From assembly GCA_963814585.1 (NCBI GenBank), contig CAWFDF010000008.1, forward strand, positions 512,001 through 576,000: 64,000 nt of DNA, given 5' to 3'. Origin of the DNA: an uncultured delta proteobacterium (GTDB taxonomy: Bacteria > Myxococcota > Myxococcia > Myxococcales > Anaeromyxobacteraceae). The position numbers were made by a program, and so were the translations under genes. Below the pieces are notes generated by a model. The model was given only the letters and a program-made list of their open reading frames with translations, made no database searches and was not told the DNA's origin. How positions within the stretch are numbered: the first letter of the stretch is position 1; every line of letters starts with the position of its first letter. Below are positions 1-10,100 of the stretch, in pieces.

Positions 1-408
1 GTCGCCGGCGGCGTGACCAACTTCAGCCGGCTCAACCGCGGGACGGGCTCGCTGCTCACCACCACCGTCACCATCGGCTACGACGCCCCGTGGCGCCAGG
101 TCGAGGACCTGCTGCTGGGCTCGGCCGCCAGGACCCGGGGACTGGTCGCCGAGGTGCGCCCGTTCGTGCTGCAGCGCTCGCTCGCGGACTTCTACGTCAC
201 CTATGACCTGGTGATGCGGCTGGAGGATGCCCTCGACCGGCCGCAGGTCCTCTCCGAGCTCCACGGCCACATCCAGGACGCCTTCAACGAGGCCGGGGTC
301 CAGATCATGTCGCCCCATTTCATGGTGCAGCCGCCATCACCGGTGCTGGCGCCGCCTCCCGGCGCCCAGGCCAAGGCCGCGCCGCGGACCCCGCCGGTTT
401 CGGGATAG
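1..408 (+). CDS. Mechanosensitive ion channel MscS family, C-terminal part (5'-truncated by window)
   Basis: VTNFSR...TTVTIGYDAPWRQVEDLL...LHGHIQDAFNEAGVQIMSPHF is the typical MscS cytoplasmic C-terminus. Confidence 0.85.
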   Translation, partial: VAGGVTNFSRLNRGTGSLLTTTVTIGYDAPWRQVEDLLLGSAARTRGLVAEVRPFVLQRSLADFYVTYDLVMRLEDALDRPQVLSELHGHIQDAFNEAGVQIMSPHFMVQPPSPVLAPPPGAQAKAAPRTPPVSG

Positions 409-435
409 AATCGTGCCACGCCACCAGGAGGCCAG

Positions 436-624
436 ATGCCCGTCAGCAAGAAGCGCAAGAAGGATGGAAAGCCAGTCCACCGCACCGAGCCGGCGCGCCA
501 GGAAGGAGAGCACGTCGCCCACCCGGACGCGAAGCCGGCCGGCCCTCCGCAGCTCCGCCCAGGAAAGCCGAGCAACCCGTTCGTCGCCAAGAAGACCGCC
601 CGCAGCGCCCAGCGCGGCCGGTGA
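436..624 (+). CDS. Small basic hypothetical protein (62 aa)
   Basis: AGGAGG Shine-Dalgarno before ATG, TAGAAT -10-like element at 406-411, GC3-biased codons. Confidence 0.6.
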   Translation: MPVSKKRKKDGKPVHRTEPARQEGEHVAHPDAKPAGPPQLRPGKPSNPFVAKKTARSAQRGR

Positions 625-628
625 ACCG

Positions 629-913
629 GTGGCGCGGCGGCGCGGCTGGAGCGTCTACATCCTCCGCTGCGCCGACGGCACGCTCTACACCGGCGCCACC
701 AACGATCTCGGCAGGCGGATCGAGGCCCACGCCGCCGGGCGCGGGGCCCGGTACACCCGCTCCCGCCTTCCGGTGGCGCTGGCGTGGTCCGAGGCGGCCC
801 GCGGTCGGAGCGGCGCGCTGCGGCGCGAGGCGGCCCTCAAGCGGCTGAGCCGGGCCGAGAAGCTCGGGCTGGTCGCCGGGATTCGCCGCCACTGGCGCAC
901 CGAGGCGCATTGA
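629..913 (+). CDS. GIY-YIG nuclease family protein (UPF0213/YhbQ-like)
   Basis: WSVYILRCADGTLYTGATNDLGRRIEAH...GARYTRSRLPV...ALRREAALKRLSR; GTG start at 629 inferred. Confidence 0.9.
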   Translation: MARRRGWSVYILRCADGTLYTGATNDLGRRIEAHAAGRGARYTRSRLPVALAWSEAARGRSGALRREAALKRLSRAEKLGLVAGIRRHWRTEAH

Positions 914-1007
914 CTCCCACACCGCGTCACCCGGTACCATCCGCCCGCGCCGATTGGGCCTCCGCGAGGCCCGGGAGAAGGAGCGCCCGCTGGGACCCCC
1001 GCACGAG

Positions 1008-2759
1008 ATGATGCCCTGTTCGCCCCGCTGGCTCGCCGCCACCGCCGCCGCGCTCGCCGCCCTCGGCTGCGTGCCCCAGCCGGTCTCGGGCTCGGCGCCA
1101 GTCGACACGGTGGTGTCACTCGGCGTGGTCGCGGCCGGCGGGCGGATCCCCCAGGCCTCCGGCCCGGTCACGCTCACGTTCGCCGGCTCGAGCGCCGGTC
1201 CGGGCGGTGTGCTGGCCCGCCGGTTCGCCGCCCCCCCGGCCCTCGACGGCGACGCCGCCGAGTGGTCCGGCTGGAGCGCCACCGACGTGCCCCTGGCGCC
1301 GCCCGGGCAGGCCGCCGGGCTGTCGGCGGCGGGCTGGTACTGCCGCTGGAGGACCCACCACAGCCAGGTGATCGACCCGGCCACCGGCCTCACCTTCTGC
1401 CCCACCCCCTGCAACCCCGATGCGCCGCCGGCCAGCGCCGCGGATGGCTCGGCCGGCTGCTCGGCGCCGCTCCCGCCCTTCGACCACGGCGTGGCCAGCA
1501 TCCAGGTGCGCGCGGGCTTCGACGACCAGGACCTCTACCTGCTGCTCCAGTGGAGCGCGCCGTCCCGGCACGACGTCCACCAGCCGTGGACCTGGGACGC
1601 GGCCGGGGCGGCCTGGCGCCAGGATCGGAGCCAGTCGGAGGACGCCGCCTACGTCGCCTTCGCCGTGGGGGAGAGCGCGCCGGCCCACGCCAAGCGCGGG
1701 TGCGCCACCGCCTGCCACGTCGCCGCGGCCCCCACGATCCTGGTCCCGCCCGTGCCGGCCCCCGCGCCCTGGCCGCCCGCCAGCTACCTCGCCAGCTTCT
1801 CCTGCCGGACCGGCGCGGAAGGCGAGCGGCTCGACGCCTGGACCTGGCGTGCCGCCTCGACCGCCCCCTATGGCCTGGCCGACGATCTCCGCATCGAGGC
1901 CGGCGGCCCGGCCGGCGACCGCTGCCAGGCGACCGACGGCATCACCTGCTCGAGGGCCTGCACGGCGCAGGACGGGTTCGGCCAGTTCGTCTACCCGTGC
2001 AGCCGAGGCACGGCCACGGTCAACCTCGCCGCTGGCCTGGCCGGCCAGCCGGGCCAGCCCTTCGCCCGGGCGGCCGGCGGCGGGGGCGGCGACTTCTCGC
2101 TCAACCCCCCCTACCTGTTCCGCCAGCCCGTCGATCCCGAGCCCGGCTGGGACCCGCGCTACCTCGCCTCGCCCCCGCCGCCACCGCTCGGCACCACCCC
2201 GGTGGCGCTCGCGCCGCCCTCCGATGCCGGTCCGTACACCCTCCCCGGCTTCGTGCTCCATCGCCCCAGCCCTCACCGGGACGACGTGCGGGCCGGGGCT
2301 CGCTGGGCCAACGGCGTCTGGACGCTCGAGCTGGCCCGGCGGCGCGTGACCGGCGACGCCGACGACGCCCAGCTCCAGCCCCGGAAGGGCGGCGCGACGG
2401 GGGGCGGAGGTGGGAGCGGCGCCTACTCGACCATCAGCGCCACCATCTTCGTGCCCCGCTGCGCCACCAGCGCGTGCCACTCCGGAGGGCCGCCGCCGCC
2501 CAGCGGGGTCCCGGTCTCGCTCGACGCCGACGTCGGCTGGTCGCAGCTGGTCTCGGTCCCCTCGGTCCAGGCACCGCTGATCCTCGTCGAGCCCGGCCAG
2601 CCCGGGCGGAGTTACCTGGTCAACAAACTTCGGGGATCCCACTCTTCCGTGGGAGGATTGGGGAACGTGATGCCTCCGCCAGCGGCGGGGGCGCCACTCA
2701 CCGAGGAGGAGATCCTGTCCATCGAGGCCTGGATCCGGAGCGGAGCACCCCGTGACTGA
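1008..2759 (+). CDS. Lipoprotein with ethylbenzene dehydrogenase gamma-like (EB_dh/DOMON) heme-binding domain plus C-terminal cytochrome c-like domain
   Basis: Lipobox ALGC; IQVRAGFDDQDLYLLLQW and DVRAGARWANGVWTLELARRRVTGDADD resemble DOMON_EBDH; CATACH and CATSACH motifs; C-terminal MPP...LTEEEILSIEAWIRSGA. Confidence 0.7.
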   Translation: MMPCSPRWLAATAAALAALGCVPQPVSGSAPVDTVVSLGVVAAGGRIPQASGPVTLTFAGSSAGPGGVLARRFAAPPALDGDAAEWSGWSATDVPLAPPGQAAGLSAAGWYCRWRTHHSQVIDPATGLTFCPTPCNPDAPPASAADGSAGCSAPLPPFDHGVASIQVRAGFDDQDLYLLLQWSAPSRHDVHQPWTWDAAGAAWRQDRSQSEDAAYVAFAVGESAPAHAKRGCATACHVAAAPTILVPPVPAPAPWPPASYLASFSCRTGAEGERLDAWTWRAASTAPYGLADDLRIEAGGPAGDRCQATDGITCSRACTAQDGFGQFVYPCSRGTATVNLAAGLAGQPGQPFARAAGGGGGDFSLNPPYLFRQPVDPEPGWDPRYLASPPPPPLGTTPVALAPPSDAGPYTLPGFVLHRPSPHRDDVRAGARWANGVWTLELARRRVTGDADDAQLQPRKGGATGGGGGSGAYSTISATIFVPRCATSACHSGGPPPPSGVPVSLDADVGWSQLVSVPSVQAPLILVEPGQPGRSYLVNKLRGSHSSVGGLGNVMPPPAAGAPLTEEEILSIEAWIRSGAPRD

Positions 2760-3900
2760 CCGAAGCGCCCGGCGGCTGGCCGCGTCGCTGGTCGTGGCCG
2801 CGGCCGCGCTGGGAGCGGCGCGCGCGGTGGCCGCCCCCAGCCTCCAGTTCTCGGGATCGGCCTACGTCGACGGCTGGGTCATCCCCACCCAGCAGCCCGA
2901 CGCCGACCAGGTGAAGGCGCCGCAGGGGATCACCATCGACGCCTCGATGCGGTTCGGCGTCGACATCCACGACACCCTCTCCTTCTCCGCCAAGGCCTGC
3001 ATCAGCTGCCACGGGATCGAGATGGACCACGTCATGCTCGACTGGCAGCCCAAGCCCTGGTTCAACGCCCAGTTCGGCCGGCTCAGCGTCCCGTTCGGCG
3101 AGTACGCCAACCGCATCGACCAGTCCGGCCACAAGACCACCTCGGCGCCGCTGATCTACGACATGGGGCGGATGGCCTACGCCGACCGGACCTCCTTCAA
3201 CTCCGGCGTGATCATGCTCCCCTACGTCGACACCGGCCTGATGGTCTACGGCACGACCTGGCTGGGGAGCGTGCTGCAGGTCTGGTACTCCGGCTACGCC
3301 GTCTCCGGCCTCAAGGGCACCAACGACCTGGAGTGGATGGCGCTCCGCACCTCCCCTTACGCCGACAACAACAAGACCCCCTCCTACGGCGGCCGCGTCG
3401 CCGTCACCTACTCGAGCGACCCGGGGGACGCCATCGGCGACGTCAGCCTCGGGGGCAGCTACACGGGAGGCCGCTACGATCGCGACGCCCTGCTCCGCTA
3501 CCAGGTGGCCGGCGCCGACCTCTCCATCCAGCTCTGGAAGGTCACGCTGCGCGGCGAGTACGCCATCCGCAGGACCGACCTCGATCCCGACGCCACCGGC
3601 TACCAGTGGGCCCTGGTGGACGGGTACTTCGACAAGCGGGGGTACTACGCGGAGCTGGAGCACCCGCTGGGGCGTTACCTCGCCATGGTCTACCGCTACG
3701 ACAAGCTGGAGCGGATCGGCGTCCCGCTCCCGGGCTCTGTGGCGAACATGACCCCGGAGACCGCCATCGAGCGGTTCACCGCCGGCACCGTCATCACGCC
3801 GGTCTCGGGGATGTACCTGAAGCTGTCGTACGAGTACTGGAAGCCGACCAGCTTCGTGGTGTTCCATTCGGGCCACGTCGGCATGGGGGGGGCATTCTGA
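2752..3900 (+). CDS. Putative outer-membrane beta-barrel (porin-like) protein carrying a CxxCH motif
   Basis: Signal peptide, alternating aromatic beta-strand pattern, GRLSVPFG motif, C-terminal Phe (GGAF); CISCH near N-terminus. Confidence 0.65.
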   Translation: MTDRSARRLAASLVVAAAALGAARAVAAPSLQFSGSAYVDGWVIPTQQPDADQVKAPQGITIDASMRFGVDIHDTLSFSAKACISCHGIEMDHVMLDWQPKPWFNAQFGRLSVPFGEYANRIDQSGHKTTSAPLIYDMGRMAYADRTSFNSGVIMLPYVDTGLMVYGTTWLGSVLQVWYSGYAVSGLKGTNDLEWMALRTSPYADNNKTPSYGGRVAVTYSSDPGDAIGDVSLGGSYTGGRYDRDALLRYQVAGADLSIQLWKVTLRGEYAIRRTDLDPDATGYQWALVDGYFDKRGYYAELEHPLGRYLAMVYRYDKLERIGVPLPGSVANMTPETAIERFTAGTVITPVSGMYLKLSYEYWKPTSFVVFHSGHVGMGGAF

Positions 3901-4235
3901 TGAACTTCACGCTCGTGGTGCTGCTGGTCGCGGCGCTCGCCGTCGGGGCCAAGGACCCGTCCAAGGCGGAGTGGGATCCGCGAGACGACGGCCCGGACAA
4001 GATCGACGTCTCCTCGTGGCCGCCGGCCATGCAGAAGCGCTACCCGGTCTTCGCCGGCAAGTGCTCCAAGTGCCACCCGGTGGCGCGGCCCATCAACTCC
4101 CGCTTCGACGCCACGGAGTGGAAGCGCTACATGAAGAAGATGATCCGCCGCCCCAACTCGGGCATCAACGAGGAGCAGGCGGCCGACATCTACGAGTTCC
4201 TCAAGTACTACTCCAGCCACCAGGGGGCCAGGTAG
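3900..4235 (+). CDS. Small periplasmic monoheme c-type cytochrome
   Basis: Signal peptide, KCSKCH, WKRYMKKM distal Met region; TGATG overlap with upstream gene. Confidence 0.8.
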   Translation: MNFTLVVLLVAALAVGAKDPSKAEWDPRDDGPDKIDVSSWPPAMQKRYPVFAGKCSKCHPVARPINSRFDATEWKRYMKKMIRRPNSGINEEQAADIYEFLKYYSSHQGAR

Positions 4236-6112
4236 TGCTGGAGAGGATCACCAACTCCCTCCGGCTCCGGCTGCAGGCCGCCACCCTGGTGCTGGTCGCC
4301 GGCGCGCTGCTGGTGGCCGCCTTCGGCTTCGACTGGGTGGCCCGCGGCGTGGTCGAGGCCGCCGTCCAGGACCACCTGCAGGCCCGCTCCCGGGAGGTCC
4401 ACGAGGCGGTGCTGCGCTTCCAGCGCGAGCGCGCCCTCACCGTCAGGAGCTGGGCCGAGGCCGAGGCGATGCAGCTCACCCTCGACTCCGGCGATCCCAA
4501 GTTCGTCGAGGACTTCCTCCGCCGGCTCATCCAGGACCAGGGCGGCTCGATCGCCGCCGTCGCGCTGACCGGGCCGGACGGGACGCTGCTGGCCGGAGTC
4601 CGCGCCGCGGCGGTGGGCGAGCGGCGCGGCCTGGCGCTGGCCTCGCAGCACGGCCGGCGGCTCGAGCTCCGCGTGGTGGAGCGGGCCCTGAACGACGACC
4701 CCGACGGCGTCCAGCTCGGGACCCTCGCGCAGCTCGACGAGGAGGGCGGCGACGAGCCGGTGATCCTGGTGGCCTCGCCGGTGCGCGACTTCGCCAGCGA
4801 CATCGTCGGGACGGTGGTGGCGGCCATCTCCACCAAGGCCATGCGCCGCCTCCTCGACGAGATCGGCGGAGCCGACGGCGACCTGGTGCCGGTGGTCTAC
4901 GACGCCGACCGCGCGCTGGTGCTGGTCCCGCCGGGCGTCGACGGGCGACTCATCGACCCGGTGGTCGCCATGGCGGCCCGGCCTGGCGTTCTGGAGCGGA
5001 CCGCGCCTCCGGGCGCCGCGCCGCTCCTCTCGGTGCGGACCGGAGCCGCCCTCAACCCGCCCCGGTGGACCGCCGCCATGGTCGAGCCCGAGGCCTCGGC
5101 CTACGGCCAGCTCGGCTCGCTCCGCCTCCTGCTCACGGTCCTCTTCGGGGCGGTGCTGGCGGGGGCCGGCCTGGCCAGCGTGGGCGCGCTGCGCGCCGCC
5201 GCCCGCCCGCTCTCGGAGGTGACCGGGTCGATGGCTCGCGTCGCCCAGGGCGACCTCTCGACCCGCATCCCCGGCAACTACTCGGACGAGCTCGGCGCCC
5301 TGGTCGGCTCCTTCAACACCATGGTGGCCGAGGTGGCCCGCTCCCGCGGCGAGCTGCAGCGGACCGAGGCGCTGCGCAAGGAGGTCCAGATCGCCCACCG
5401 CATCCAGACGGCCATCCTGCCCAACAGCCCGGCCGTTCCGGGCTACGAGGTGGCGGCGCGGATGAAGCCGGCCGAGGACGTGGGCGGAGACCTCTACGAC
5501 ATCCTCTCCTTCCCCGAGACCTTCTGGGTCCTGGTGGGGGACGTCTCCGGCCACGGCATCAACTCCGGGCTGGTGATGATGATGGCCCAGGCGGCCGCCT
5601 ACGGGACCATCGCCGACGATCCCAGCCGCGACCCGCGCGACGTGGTCTCGGCGGTCAACCGCGTGGTGCACGAGAACGTCCGGCAGCGGATGGGCCGGGA
5701 CGACTACCTCACCCTCATGGCCGCCCGCCACATGGGCGGGGGCCGCTTCGTCGCGGCCGGCGCCCACCAGCCCATCTTCATCGCCCGCGGTGGTGGCACG
5801 GTCGACGTGATCGAGCCGGCCGGCCCGTGGGTCGGGCTGACGGCCGACCTCTCCTCGCAGATCGTGTCCTACGAGTTCCAGCTCGGCCCCGGCGACGCCG
5901 TCTGCTTCATCACCGACGGCGTGGTCGAGGCCCAGGACTCGGAGGGGACGCTCTTCGGCGAGGACCGCCTCACCGAGCTCCTCCGCGCCGAGCACCCCGC
6001 CTCGGCCGCCGAGATCCTCACCCAGGTGTTCAAGGACGTTGAAGCACACGCCGCCACGCAGGCGGACGACATCACCGCCGTGGTCCTGAGACGGAAGACA
6101 CATGACGACTGA
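4235..6112 (+). CDS. Membrane PP2C/SpoIIE phosphatase with periplasmic Cache-like sensor and HAMP (SiaA/RsbU-like)
   Basis: Two TM segments, HAMP (DELGALVGSFNTM), VGGDLYD, GDVSGHG, TDGVVEA, DDITAVVL motifs; TAGTG overlap. Confidence 0.9.
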   Translation: MLERITNSLRLRLQAATLVLVAGALLVAAFGFDWVARGVVEAAVQDHLQARSREVHEAVLRFQRERALTVRSWAEAEAMQLTLDSGDPKFVEDFLRRLIQDQGGSIAAVALTGPDGTLLAGVRAAAVGERRGLALASQHGRRLELRVVERALNDDPDGVQLGTLAQLDEEGGDEPVILVASPVRDFASDIVGTVVAAISTKAMRRLLDEIGGADGDLVPVVYDADRALVLVPPGVDGRLIDPVVAMAARPGVLERTAPPGAAPLLSVRTGAALNPPRWTAAMVEPEASAYGQLGSLRLLLTVLFGAVLAGAGLASVGALRAAARPLSEVTGSMARVAQGDLSTRIPGNYSDELGALVGSFNTMVAEVARSRGELQRTEALRKEVQIAHRIQTAILPNSPAVPGYEVAARMKPAEDVGGDLYDILSFPETFWVLVGDVSGHGINSGLVMMMAQAAAYGTIADDPSRDPRDVVSAVNRVVHENVRQRMGRDDYLTLMAARHMGGGRFVAAGAHQPIFIARGGGTVDVIEPAGPWVGLTADLSSQIVSYEFQLGPGDAVCFITDGVVEAQDSEGTLFGEDRLTELLRAEHPASAAEILTQVFKDVEAHAATQADDITAVVLRRKTHDD

Positions 6113-6623
6113 ACCCATCGAATCCAGCCGACCCATCTACCTGATGCTGCGCATGAAGCCGCCCTGGGTCTTCGTCGACGAGATCCGGCGCTTCGTGGAG
6201 TCCTTCTGCGCCTGCGCCTGCCCCGGCCAGACCCGCGAGGCCCAGGTGGCCCTGGCGGTCCACGAGCTGATGCAGAACGCCATCCCGCACGCCGCCGGGG
6301 AGAGCGTCGACCTGACCTTGCAGGTCGACCCCATCGCCGACCGGATCGAGATCGCGGTCTCCAACCCGGCCACCGCGGAGCAGTTCCAGGACGTCAAGAA
6401 CCGGCTCGACCGGATCAACGGCGAGCCCGACCCCTTGCAGAGCTACCTGCGCGCCATGGCGGAGGCGCCCATGAACCAGCGCGGCGGCCTCGGCCTGGCG
6501 CGGGTCCGCTTCGAGGCCCAGCTCGATCTCTCCATCACCCGCGAGGGGAACCGGATCACGGTCCTCGCCTGGGGCCGCCTCCGCGCGCCCCAGATCCAGG
6601 CACCCGGAGGTACCCATGGTTAA
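6102..6623 (+). CDS. GHKL-type Ser kinase / anti-sigma factor (SiaB/RsbW-like)
   Basis: N-box HELMQNA and G-box GGLGLARVR; lies between PP2C and STAS genes. Confidence 0.75.
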   Translation: MTTEPIESSRPIYLMLRMKPPWVFVDEIRRFVESFCACACPGQTREAQVALAVHELMQNAIPHAAGESVDLTLQVDPIADRIEIAVSNPATAEQFQDVKNRLDRINGEPDPLQSYLRAMAEAPMNQRGGLGLARVRFEAQLDLSITREGNRITVLAWGRLRAPQIQAPGGTHG

Positions 6624-7017
6624 CCCCCCGTCCCCGCCCGGCGCACGCGCGCCGGCCATCCAGGTCTCGGAGGAGAAGTACTCGGCGTCGATGCACGCGG
6701 ATCCGATGGGCGCCCGCGTCCACTTCCGCGGCACCATCAGCACGGTCAACCCCGCCAGCGTGCTCAACCCGTTCGTCGACCAGGTCCACGACCACCTGAT
6801 CAAGAACGGCGCCAAGTCCGTCCGCGTCGACTTCACCGAGCTGGAGTTCTGCAACTCGTCCGGCTTCAAGAGCTTCATCTACTGGATCCAGAAGATCCAG
6901 GCGGCCGGCGACAAGCAGTACCGGCTTCGCTTCATCTCCAGCCCGGCGCGCAAGTGGCAGCGGACCAGCCTGCTGGCCCTCTCCTGCTACAGCCCGAGCG
7001 CGGTCGAGATCGGCTAG
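6616..7017 (+). CDS. STAS-like anti-anti-sigma / phospho-acceptor protein (SiaC-like)
   Basis: VRVDFTELEFCNSSGFKSFIYWI resembles the STAS phosphorylation loop; WQRTSL tail. Confidence 0.75.
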   Translation: MVNPPSPPGARAPAIQVSEEKYSASMHADPMGARVHFRGTISTVNPASVLNPFVDQVHDHLIKNGAKSVRVDFTELEFCNSSGFKSFIYWIQKIQAAGDKQYRLRFISSPARKWQRTSLLALSCYSPSAVEIG

Positions 7018-7039
7018 CGCCTCGACGACCCGGCACCGC

Positions 7040-7073
7040 GAAGGGGTCCGCTCCTCCGGGAACGGACCCCTTC
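7040..7073. terminator. Hairpin between convergent genes, probable terminator
   Basis: Perfect 11-bp inverted repeat GAAGGGGTCCG / CGGACCCCTTC. Confidence 0.6.
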
Positions 7074-7112
7074 CTCGTCGGAGGCCCGGGCGGCGCCGAG
7101 GCGCCGCCACCC

Positions 7113-10100
7113 CTACATCAGGCCCGGCTTGCCCGCCTGCCAGCGCTTGAGCTCGGTGGTGAGCAGGTCGACGTGCTCCTTCTCCTCGGCCGCCAGCTCC
7201 CGGTAGAGCTGCTTCTCCGGTGAGCCCGCCGCCACCGCGGCGCCGCGCTCGGTGAAGAACTTCACGGCACGCTCCTCGAAGGCGATGGCGATGCGGAACA
7301 GGTTGGCCGGGTCCTCCGGCCGGTTGGGGATGCCGGCGTAGATGGCCGCCCGGTCGACCTTGAAGTCGCCCGCGGCCGGGACCTGCACGTGGTAGCGGCG
7401 CGAGAGCGTCGCCATGTGCTCCTTCTCCATCTCGGCGAAGCGGCCGAAGAGCTCGCGGAGCATCGGGTCAGCGGCCTCCTGCGCGGCCCGGCCGTAGAAG
7501 GCCATCCCGCCCAGCTCGATCTCGAAGGCGATGCGGACCGCCTCGAGCGCGGCCGCGTCGGCCACCTTGGCGGGATCGGCCACGGCGAGCTTGCCGCCGC
7601 AGGCCGGGCACATCCCGTAGGGGAAGGCGAAGCCCTCGCTCACCTTGGCGCAGTCCTGGCACTTCCAGGAGAGCTTGGCGGTGGCGCAGCAGACGTACTC
7701 CTCCTCGCCCTCGAGCGGCTGCCGGCACTTCGGGCAGAGCTTCCCGGCGGTGGTCGCCGCCGGAGCCGACGGCGGAGGCGCCGGCCGCTGGCGGCGCCCA
7801 GCGGGGCGGGTGGCGTGAAGGTGCTCATGTCGTCCTCGGTGATGGGCCACTTCTGCTTCTTGCCCTTCAGGTAGGCGCCGATGGAGCGGGCCGCCCGGCG
7901 CCCGGCCCCCATGGCCAGGATCACCGTGGCGCCGCCGGTGACGATGTCGCCACCGGCGAAGACGCCCGGCAGCGAGGTGCACTGGGTCTTGCCGTCGTCG
8001 GCGACGATGTTGCCCCACTTGTTGAGGGCCAGGCCCGGGGTCGACTGGGTGATGATGGGGTTGGCCTTGGTGCCGAGCGCGTAGATGACGGTGTCGCACT
8101 CGAGGTCCTTGAAGCGGCCGGTGGCGATGGGCTTGCGGCGCCCCTTCTCGTCCGGGTCGCCGAGGACCATCTCCTCGACCTTCATCCCCTTCACGTTGCC
8201 GTCGGGGTCCACGTAGATCTCCACCGGCGAGTGGAGGAAGAAGAACTCGATCCCCTCCTCCTTGGCGTGGCGGAGCTCCTCGATGCGGGCCGGGGCCTCG
8301 GCCTCGGTGCGCCGGTAGACGCAGCGGACCGTCTCGGTGCCGAGCCGCTTGGCGACGCGCAGGCAGTCCATGGCGGTGTTGCCGGCGCCGATGACCACGG
8401 CGCTCTTGCCGATGGAGACCGGCGTGTCCTTGAGCGGGAACTGGTCGCCGCCCATGAGGTTGACGCGGGTGAGGAACTCGTTGGCCGAGTAGACCTGCCC
8501 GGCGAACTCGCCGGGGATGCCGAGGAAGGCCGGGGCGCCGGCGCCGACGCCGAGGAAGACCGCGTCGTAGCCCTTCTCGCCCATGAGCTGCGGCACCGTG
8601 AAGGTCTTGCCGATGACCTTGTTGGTCTCGATCTTGACGCCCAGGTCCACCAGGCTGCTGCACCTCGCGGTCGATGATGTCGCGCGGCAGGCGGAAGGAG
8701 GGGATGCCGTAGCGGAGCACGCCGCCGACCACGTGGAGCGCCTCGTAGACGGTGACGTCGCAGCCGAACTTCACCAGGTCGGCCGCCACCGCCAGGCCGG
8801 CCGGGCCGGAGCCGCAGACCGCCACCCTGCCGAGCTTGTCGGCGGGGGCGAAGACCGGCGGGACCGCCGGCTTGAGCTTGCCGTTGTCGCCGACGAAGCG
8901 CTCGAGGCGGCCGATGCCGACCGACTCGACCTTCTTGGCGATGACGCACTGGGCCTCGCACTGCGTCTCCTGCGGGCAGACGCGGCCGCAGACCGACGGG
9001 AAGATGGAGGCCTCGTGGATCACCTCGAGGGCCCCGTCGATGTCGCGCACCACCAGGTGGCGGATGAAGCGCGGGATGTCGATGGCCACCGGGCAGCCGG
9101 CGATGCAGGTCGGCTTGGCGCACTGGATGCACCGCTCGGCCTCGAGGAGGGCGTCCTGGAGCGAGTAGCCCAGGTTGACCTCCTTGAAGTTGCGGGAGCG
9201 CTCCACGTGGTCGCGCTCCGGCATCTTGGCCTGGTGCGGGGTCAGCTCCTTGATCTTCCTGTAGTTGCGCTTGTTCTCCTCGAAGAGCTGCTTCTCCAGG
9301 TTGCAGACGTGGGCGTAGTCCTCGGTGGCCGTGGTCTCCTGGGCCTTGAACCGCTTCTGCCGGGCCAGCAGCTCCTTGAAGTCGACCAGGTGGCCGTCGA
9401 AGTCCGGGCCGTCGACGCAGGCGAACTTCACGTCCTTGTTGACGGTGACGCGGCAGGAGCCGCACATGCCGGTGCCGTCCACCATGATGGCGTTGAGCGA
9501 GACCATGGTCTTCACGCGCGAACGGGCGGGTGGTCTCGACGCAGGCGTTCATCATGGGCAGCGGCCCGATGGCCACCGCCAGGTCCGGCTTGTCCTTCTC
9601 GCAGAGCTCCTTGAGCGCCTGGGTGACGAAGCCGGGCTTGCCGTAGCTGCCGTCGTCGGTGCAGACGATCAGCTCGTCGCAGTACTTCGCGGAACTTGTC
9701 CTCCCAGAAGACCAGGTCCTTGTTGCGGAAGCCGATGATGCCGGTGACGCGGTTGCCGGCCTCCTTGAAGGCGCGCAGCTGCGGGTAGACCGGGGCCACG
9801 CCGAGGCCGCCGCCCACCAGCACCACGTGGCCGACCTTGCCGACGTGCTGCGGCAGGCCGAGCGGGCCGACGAAGTCCTCGAACTCGTCGCCCTGCTTGT
9901 AGTCCGTCATCATCTGGCGCGTGGTCTTGCCGAGCGCCTGGATGACCATGGTGATGGTGCCGGCCTCGCGGTCGAAGTCGGCGACCGTGAGCGGGATGCG
10001 CTCGGAGTCGCCGCCGAGCCGGAGCATGACGAAGTGTCCCGGTTCCGCGGCCTTGGCCACGTCGGGGGCATGGACATCCCAGAGGAACGTCGTGTCGGAG

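Noticed and set aside
629..913. GIY-YIG gene as a homing endonuclease or mobile intron
   Set aside because: Short stand-alone UPF0213-type protein with no DNA-binding tail and no interrupted host gene
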